DNA from: Epiperipatus broadwayi
Lineage: Eukaryota; Animalia; Onychophora
Length of the DNA stretch: 64,000 nt
NCBI GenBank assembly: GCA_028023455.1
Contig: JAQFVV010000001.1
Span: 31,186,001 to 31,250,000 of the forward strand
Direction: 5' to 3'
Below the pieces are notes generated by a model that searched no databases, was not told where the DNA came from, and saw only the letters and a list, made by a program, of their open reading frames with translations. Below are positions 55,284-64,000 of the stretch, in pieces. The position numbers were made by a program, and so were the translations under genes. Every line of letters begins with the position of its first letter. Within the stretch, counting starts at the first letter, position 1.

Positions 55284-57647
55284 ATGTTCTCCGATCTCAT
55301 TCTTAATAAAAATATGTAATTTATTTTAATGAGTAAAAGAGAGGTAGAAAAGATGTATTAAAAGACATAGATTTTAACATATAGGTTTTCTAAGACTACT
55401 TAATTGTCATAAACGTATACATTTGATTAAAGTTCATGCTTCTGATATATTATTATTAACCTAAGTGAAAATATTATCTTCTTGAAAGATGGGTAGAATA
55501 ATCTTCTTTTCTTCTATTTAAACCAATAAGTGTTCAGTGCAAAAAAAAAAAAAGCACTTATGATAAGGCATAAAGGTAGAGCATAAAAACTTAAATATAT
55601 TGCGTAAGACCATTAATTCTATTCATTATACAAAGACTAAATATTTTTAAATTTACTTCACACTATTCAATATAAACTTCACTTTTTACAGATGCGTCTG
55701 ATATCATCAGTCTAGATAGCAACTTAAATTTTTTTTATAAATATAAATGCAATTCTTTATCTAATTTAAACAATTACCATTTAATATACGAATAGACCTT
55801 CACTTATTGATTTACTAATTTATTCACATTCAATTATTTATCAATCATTGACATTTTCTGTATACTATATATCCTGCTATATAATTATCTTTAGATTATC
55901 TAAATAAATACTTTTATTTCTAATAACTAATCAGTAACAACTTTTTTTAGCAATGTGTAATATATTTAAATGTATTCCTAACATTCATTTATATAATACC
56001 CTAAATATTAAGACAGTATTGAAATTTGTAACAAATTATCTCAATTCCTAGCTATTCAAGACAATACTTTCTTAAGTTCTCTAGAATTACAATCAGTTTA
56101 CTCAATTTGACTAAATCTATATTAAATACAGCTGAAATTCCATATGTGTATCCTAAATAAAAGATTATTGATATTATAGATGATGTTGAAATCTTTAAGT
56201 TTTTGAATTTTAAGTTTGCTACCATAGATTCTTCAATTCTTTTTAATCCATGTGTTAGATTAATGAATTATAATTTTTATATAACTACATAAAATAGTAT
56301 GTAAAAAGTAATCATTATACATGCTGCAAATATTATGTGTATAAACAGTTGTGGTCACCATTCAATTATACTGCAATTAGTTAAAACATCTCTGATTACT
56401 CTGCATGTTAATATTATATTGTATTTTAAAAAAGTCAATATTAAAAAATCACTACATAAGAATTAAAAGGCATTTACTTATGAATGTGAAAAAAAATACT
56501 TTCTTGTATAATTTTACAATTTTTTACATCACAACTTGCTGTAAAAATTATACTACTTAAGTAGCATTTCTGGTATAAAGAGTAACTATATTATTTTAAA
56601 CAAGTATATTGATTTGGTTATTTATTTGTATAGTTTAAGGTGTCTTTTGATATGATATCATAAACTAGTAATGTTTTTTATCTGTGTTTCATTATTTTTT
56701 GCTACAGCAGTTGTATTTGATAATGGCTATTCATAATTAATTTTTAAATTTCTCTACATAGAAAAATATTAAAACTCTATTTCTGAATGAAGATCTTGTC
56801 ACAAATATCTAATAAAAATAGAAAAAAGTTATCTCACCTGTATATTACTGCTTATTTTTATTTTTTATTTTTGTGATCTTTTTATAATTTTTAGGCATAT
56901 CTCAAAATATTAACTTGCACTAAATACTATAAACATTTTAAAATTTGATATAGGATTATTAGTCATCTCTTGCTACAGAGTGATTAAGAATAGTGTTTTT
57001 AACAGAATTTTTAGCCTCATATAATTGTTTAGTATCACTGAATAATTTGAAATAAAATTGTGATGCATAATATCAGATATCATTGTTTTAGACAAACATA
57101 AAAGCTTATACCAGCTTGCTTTATCAAAAACCACATTAAAATGGCAAATATTAAATATGATTGTAGTATTAAATGTTAAAAAAAGATATCAGTTCACATG
57201 ATCAAAAGCCACTTTAAAATTAAACTTTTGTTTTTCAAAACTTAAATTTGTATACTTTATAGTAAAAATCCCACCCATGCTAACTCTTTTGTGTACTACA
57301 CATCACATATGCACATTCAGTTTAACTTTAAATAAATTAAATCCATTTATTAAATTGTACAGTTTATACTACTTCATCTAATATATTATTTATTAATAAA
57401 ACTTGTCTACCTATTAACAATGATACTTGTGATTTAATATATTCCAAATTATTTTTATTGTATATAATATCTACAACTTACATTGCATCTTATTGATCAT
57501 GCCATTGAATATCCCAACTTTTAGAATAGATTAACAATTGTATGTTAATGTTCCTTTAGCCAATTAAATAGGGTTTTATATTTTAAAAAACATTTTTTTA
57601 GATTTACAAGATATCCTACATGAACTACAATTATGTTTAGCATATTC

Positions 57648-59770
57648 CAGGGGAATCTTTTTACCATGGAAGGTCACATTCATCTTCAGTAATAATGAAA
57701 AGGTCATACAATTTTTCTGAATTTGTTTTACAGTAATACTCATAAACTAAAATAAATAATAAGTAGTAGGTTAATAAATGATAACTTTTCAAATCTCTAT
57801 TTAAATGATCATTCATTATATTTTTATGGATTTATTGCATAGTAAACAAAAATACAAAAAAAAAAGTAATATTTTGTGTGAATTTCACATAAGTACATGA
57901 AAAATGTAGATAATTGGTAAAAGTTGTTTTATTTTAGATTTATATAATAATGTAAGTTAAAGAGACTTCTGCATTTGTTTTTTGCTTGCAAGTAATTGAA
58001 TATTTGGTTGTAGCTTCATTACTCATACCTTAAGTTGATCTTTCAAATGAGCTTTAATCATCTGTGATCTTAAATAGTTTTTAATTTGTGTTATATATGA
58101 AAATGTTGATTCACAACAGTAGGTACTTCCAAAGCAAGAAAGCAAATGGTGTGCATGTTGATGTAAGTATAGGTATTCAACTGCATTTTTTCATATTTCA
58201 ATAGGATCTTTTTTGCTATCAAAAACAGATTTTATAATATTATCTTCTCCTAACTCAATTCCATTTGTAGTGCCATAGGTGCTTTTGAGACATCAATCAA
58301 GTGTGGTTCAAAAGTTAATTTTATTGCAAAAGTATGCTCTTCAAAATCTGACATTCTTTCTACCTATTCTTCAAGTAAGGAATCCAAGATCATCAAAGTT
58401 TTCAGGTTCATATTTTTGTTTGTTTAAGATTTTTGATAATTGTAAGAAGTGTTCTTCAAGTACATCTGAGTAAAATAAAGTTTTGAAAAATATCAACTTT
58501 TTTCAAAATGCCTGAACTTTTTGCCACATATCATATCTATGTTTAGTTTTACAAAATTCTTTATCTGATAATTTACATGGTTTTTCTTGTTCTTTGTAAA
58601 ATGTTAAAATTTGTCAAAATTTTAATCTAAATTTGTCCCCTTGATAATCAATGAACTTTGCAATAATAGGATAAAGCACACTACATGTTTCATCATCTAA
58701 CATAAGCATGTTTTGGAATTCATGGTGATGCACTGCACTCACTTGAATAAAGTTAATAATTGCAATAATTTTATCCATAGTATTGTGTAAAATAGTTGAT
58801 TTAACACAAAGATTTTGCTGGTGTGATATTAACAATTTGAATTTTCCCTTTTTTTAAATAAAGAAACAAATCTTTCTTGCTTTTCACTCATGGAAGGTGC
58901 ACCATTGGTGCATACACTGATCAGATTACTAAGATTTAATTCTGATTGATGATATATTTTTTTAAAGTTGTTAATAATGACAATTCCACAAGTTCTTCCA
59001 GTAAGTGTTTCCAATGAAAATATGAATCTTTAGTTATTGTACAAATAAAAGATAATATTTGAGCCAAATCAGTTTTATTAGTGCTTTGAGCTATTCATGC
59101 TGTCTATCAATTACAGTTCTTTTTGAAAAAGATATTTTTTGTAATTATCAACTTTTTTGGATCCAAGCAGTCCATATATTTGTTTATTATTTCTATTACA
59201 CTTATTGATTTGCCTTTCCCCCCAAATATATGTGCTATTTTGTAAGTAACATCAATGGTAGTAATATTCTTCATAAAAGCACTAAAACCTGCCTGTTGCT
59301 GCAGTTTTTCTTTTTTCAATTTTTGTAGTGTAATTTGATTCCTCTTCTAATTTGGCATATTTGTGTTCTTTATGAGATAAATAATATTGATTTGCATTGG
59401 AAGTTTTTAAAACTTGTTAACACTATATTATACAACAAACACACTATTTTATCTTTCATGGAAATAAAGAATTAATCTAACTCCTACTGAATATTAAACT
59501 TTCTTTTTCTAGACAAGGTGGGTGATCAACATATTGTTAAATTTTGCTTTAACTTTACCTTAATGTAAACAGCAATGAACATGTGACCCTATTATTTACA
59601 GGGTAAGACTGGGCCTAAGATATAACCAAAGACAATACCATTGGCCAATGGTGCTGCATGTATAAGTATAATAAATCAATTTTGCAATGCAAAATTTAAA
59701 TTATGGGTAAGGCTGCATAAGAGATTCACAAAGACCACAGTGGTCTTAAGGCCACAGGTTCCCATCTCTG
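57648..59770 (-). mobile_element. Apparently complete but decayed hAT transposon (Buster/SPIN, GTF2IRD2-like) with 8-bp TSD
   Basis: Transposase pieces YKIAHIFGGKGK; CTNGAPSM; HQQNLCVK; FGSTYCCESTFS; QPNIQLLASKKQMQKSL* (stop near 57957). Termini are CAGGGG.. (57648, +) and CAGAGATGGGAACC (59770, -). Flanks GCATATTC and GCATATAC match at 7 of 8 positions. Confidence 0.88.
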
Positions 59771-62120
59771 GCATATACCATCTAAAATACTTCATGGTCT
59801 TAATAATGATCTTACATATATTCTATAAAACAAACAATAAAATATATTAATATTTTATATAATTATACATTTCTGTGTTTGCCTATCAAATTATCATTTT
59901 AAAATTTCATTGCTGATTTCACTGTTACAATGCCATATTATGCTACATATTCTTAGAACCACTTAGTTTGTGACTGCTATTTGATAACAAAAATTACAGT
60001 GCATTAAAATAATCAATACAATTTAAATATTTTGTGTATACATCTAAATTTCCATTTAAGTATTACATTGAGAAGATGCAGTAATCTTCAGCCTTTATAA
60101 ACTATGGCATTCAGAAAACACTATACATTATAATCTCTTTCACTTACCCTAACCTCATTTATTGTATATATTAATGTATATTCCTTATCAGCTTAGATAT
60201 AGTAATTCAATCCACTCCAGGTTTACCTATTGAATCTTGAGTAATCAGTATCATCATGTACATATTATCAAAGTAGTTTCTAAGTGCATTTGGTTTTAAA
60301 TATTTATTAATTATTGTGTATCTTGTTTTTTATGCTTATGTTTACACAGTTCCCTTTAAACATATTTTATTGGCATTTTTTAAAAGAATTACATATAATC
60401 CAGAATTACATATTTCATCTTTTTATGTTGGTTGATGACATTTTTTTTATGAACACTCATATCGATTTCATTTTTTTTGCATACAGTTCAAAATTGCACA
60501 ATTTATTTTTTTTCATTTATTAGATTAAACTTTATTTTTCTGAAGTCTTATATACAGAACATTTTTAATGTGAATTAATATTAGTTCTTTATACTAGTCA
60601 ATTCTGTGACCCTAATAATATTTACTAGTCAAATAGATACTGCATAATTTTTATACTAACTTTTATAAAAATTAGTAATATATTATTTATCAACAGGTTT
60701 ATTTAATAATAGTTAACTTAATAATAATTAAGTTTATTACATTGTATTTGTTGTGCAGACTTGTATTTAATAATAATATTATTTGCAATAATGTCACAAA
60801 TGTTTATTCATATTGGTTTTATGGTTATAAGAAATGCAATAGCTATTAAACTTTTCCATATAAACATATAAATTTAATAAAAGGATATATGCATGTGTAT
60901 ATATTTAATTCTCTCATACATATTTGAATTTTATTTACATTACATATAAAGTAAAATAAAAGTCATACACTTGTACATTTTACAAGTATTGTGGAATACT
61001 GGAGAAGATAAAGTATTATCAAGGTAATAAATAAATATTTGGTGATTATTCCATTAGTATTTAACTTTCCAAATAAGATTAAGTAAAGCCCATTTACTAA
61101 CTGTTGCTGAATGGTTATCAAGATTTGCAATGGACCAATTTACAAAAAAAATATTCTGAGATGGACTTGAAACTTTTTCTGCTTACTAAAAAAAATTGTT
61201 TCTCTTTTTCAAAAAAAAAGTATTATTTCAATACATATTTAAATATCTTCTTAAACAATCACATACCTATAAATGTATTCATGCAAATCTGAACATACTT
61301 TATATATGATGTGTATATGCATATAAAACAAAGTAATATTGATGATAGTAAGAAGAATAAAATTATTTTATTATTTTTCAGGATTGTTTTATATAAACAA
61401 CATTTAAATAGAACACTAAAGAATGTTTTAACCCAAATTTAATGTGTTCTACACCATTATAAAATAAAAAAGAGAGAAAAATTGTACAGAATTAAGACAT
61501 AAACTACATCTGTTATTTTTTCCCCAAAAGCAATTATTAAACTAACATGAAAATAATTCTCAAGTGTAAAGCAGATTAAATTACTAAACCAAGATAAAAA
61601 CATGACAAAGAAAGAAAACACTAGCATATACTAAAATGAAAACTCTACAGATATTATGTTAAATTAAAAAAATGCCCTGAAATGAAAATATTCTACTACT
61701 AACATGGTGGTAAAATGTAGCTAAATGTAAAAAGTTCAATTACTGGAGAAATATTGAAAATTTAAAATATGGCAACAGAATACAGAAAAAATTAATAAAA
61801 AATTAATGACATTACATTTTAAATGTCATCAAAAATTCAATTATGAGAGAAATATTAAAATCTTAAGATATGGTAACAGAATACAGAAAAAAAAACTGCA
61901 TATTCTAACATGAAGTAAAAAGTTTAATTCCAAGAGAAATTTTAATTAAACAAAGCCCTTTGGACATTATGCTAAAAAAAAAAAAATCAAAACAATGATT
62001 ACAGTTTAATGAATATTAATATTTGACAAAATAAATAACTGCTGACATGAAAAAACATATTAAAATTTTATAAAGATTAAAATATTAAAATAAAATACAT
62101 AATTAAATTAATTACTAAAC

Positions 62121-62736
62121 TAAATTTAATACATTGTATAGGCTTAAACCTGCATTTATATATATGTAATATATGCAGGATTCAAACTCAGACTTTCACA
62201 CGACCCACTACTCTCAGTGCCATCTCATATTGCTGACCCACCTGATCACACATATGTTGAAAAGATAAATAATCACCAATTTACATATTTCATGCTAAAC
62301 CAGCAATCATCAGTTGGTCTAGATTATTATCACACATATTTATAATCAGTGCTCAGCTTTATAATAAGATAGCCAATCTTCATACTTTAATGGACAGGCT
62401 TCAAATTATCCCAACTCACAACTTTTCAGCCTTCCATTTCATTGAAAATCTGATGATGGAATGTTCAAAGCCCTTGTTAGTGCCAAGGTTGTCATCCTCC
62501 CATGTTGACATATTAGTCATTCTGACCCCTCATGTACAGGAGAATAATCCATTTATACATACATATGAGGGGGATGGGCAGACCTTTTACACACTATTTA
62601 TATAAATTAATACATTGTACAGGATTAAACCTGCATTTATATATATGTAATATATGCGGGATTTGAACTCAGACTTTCACATGACTCACTACTCTTAGTG
62701 CCATCTCATACTGCTGACCCACCTGATCACACACAT
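62121..62736 (-). mobile_element. tRNA-headed element: 133-bp direct repeats flanking a body with a hammerhead-like motif
   Basis: Repeats at 62121-62253 and 62603-62736; minus-strand B-box GAGTTCAAATCC / GAGTTTGAATCC and A-box-like GGTGGGTCAGC. Confidence 0.7.
62275..62318 (-). ncRNA. Degenerate minimal hammerhead ribozyme motif
   Basis: ACCAA-CTGATGA-T-TGCT-GGTTT-AGCA-T-GAAA-TATG-T-A-aa-TTGGT; both core strands are intact, and stem I is offset by 2 nt. Confidence 0.5.
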
Positions 62737-63374
62737 GGAATAAACCACATATACCGATGATAGTAGAATACAATTTGATATTTCATCAAAAATATTTGGT
62801 TAAATGGTATTTATAGATATGTAATTATCAAATATTAAAATGAAAATATTATGGATCACACAAATGCACATACACACACAAAAAAAATTAAAAAACTTTC
62901 CCATGACAAAAAAAAAATGGTAGGATTTCAAAAACTAAAATTTAGCAAATAATATTTAACGAAAAAAACCAACAAATTACTTGCGTCTAATAATAAATGT
63001 AAGACATGCATAGTAAATATTAAAATTAATTTTTTTAATTAATAAATACAAAGATATAATTTACACAATTGAAAAAATACAAATTGTAAAAACAATAGTT
63101 TACAAAATATTAATATTTGACAAAAAAAAAACAAAAAAAAAACAATTTCTAGCATCTACTAACGAATGTAAGATAAAAATATTAAAATTAATAAATAAAA
63201 ATATAAAAACATATCATACATAACTAAAAAATTAAAACAAAAAATCACTAAAGTAACATAAAAACAATAATACAACTACTTATCAATTTATAAAATATTA
63301 AAATTAATACTGCAGTTAACAAATATTACCTTACATGATCACTGTTTCTTATGCTAGCACATAACTGTTATTAC

Positions 63375-63648
63375 ATAGGCAAAACTCTCCATACAGTAGT
63401 GTTACTCAGTGTCAACCAGAGTAATCAATGGATGCCAGAAGGCTTGTGCATAAAATCCCCATCTAGATTTTAAGATCTACATACAGTGCTCTCAGATTCA
63501 AAGCTCTTCACTGATGAAGGCCACAAGCCAAAAAGTAGTCTGGGGATATAGAATGAGTAGGTACTAGATGGGCATTTTATGCACAAGCCTTCTGGCATCC
63601 ATTGATTACTCTGCATGGCACTGAGTGGCACTACTGTATGGAGAGTTT
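63375..63648 (+). mobile_element. Hammerhead-bearing short element with an inverted copy of its 3' end, copy 2
   Basis: Arm 63380-63466 is the reverse complement of about 63564-63648; the body is homologous to 41855-42040. Confidence 0.85.
63505..63546 (+). ncRNA. Degenerate minimal hammerhead ribozyme motif
   Basis: TCTTCA-CTGATGA-A-GGC-CACAA-GCC-A-AAAA-GTAG-TC-TGGGGA; a GUC triplet precedes a 6-bp stem I with two G-U pairs. Confidence 0.55.
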
Positions 63649-63812
63649 AAAACTATTAATGCTCATTTTTAAAATATAATTTTTTAATTATCTCAAAGTA
63701 TGTAAGATTGTGTTTTATTTCTTCTCATGGCCAGAGAAAAGAAAAATGAAAAGAAGGAAATCAGGGATCAACCTTGATATTTGTAGGGGTCACCTCTAAC
63801 CTCTGATGTAAC

Positions 63813-63818
63813 AAACAA

Positions 63819-63851
<33 letters not shown>
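63813..63851. repeat. (AAAC)/(AC)n/(AT)n microsatellite
   Basis: Read directly from the sequence. Confidence 0.85.
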
Positions 63852-64000
63852 GTTTTAGTCAAACTCATATTAAAACTGTAAAAAAAAATAGCAGAAAAAA
63901 TAATAATATCCATCTATTTAACTATTAACAATCTATCTCTACTTATCTATATATTTATGTATTGATCACTTTTTCTCTATCTGTTACCTATCTATCTACT

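Noticed and set aside
55685-55716. Minus-strand CTGATGA with a CAGA-CGCA-TCTG hairpin
   Set aside because: Followed by AAAA-GTG with no palindromic stem III or stem I complement.

Overview
Very AT-rich, CpG-depleted eukaryotic (animal-like) genomic DNA made mostly of decayed transposable elements, with no confidently identifiable host protein-coding gene. Elements recognised by hand translation: three RTE-type LINE relics, one comparatively intact LINE ORF2 3' half (25.5-27.5 kb), two Penelope-like (PLE) relics, two hAT transposase relics (one apparently complete, with termini and an 8-bp TSD), a mariner relic, at least seven MITE/foldback elements, a tRNA-Ala-like SINE and several microsatellites. 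A CpG-retaining promoter-like domain lies at about 3.8-6.7 kb, beside a textbook 95-nt minus-strand intron. The main discovery candidate is a set of three unrelated short non-autonomous repeat families, each carrying a Penelope-type minimal hammerhead-ribozyme motif (CUGANGA, stem II, GAAA, short palindromic stem III). Two of the three have tRNA-derived Pol III-type heads, and they occur with head-to-head or inverted duplications, next to or inside the PLE relics. Every genomic copy has core mutations, so ribozyme activity is inferred, not shown. All alignments were done by eye and element boundaries are approximate.
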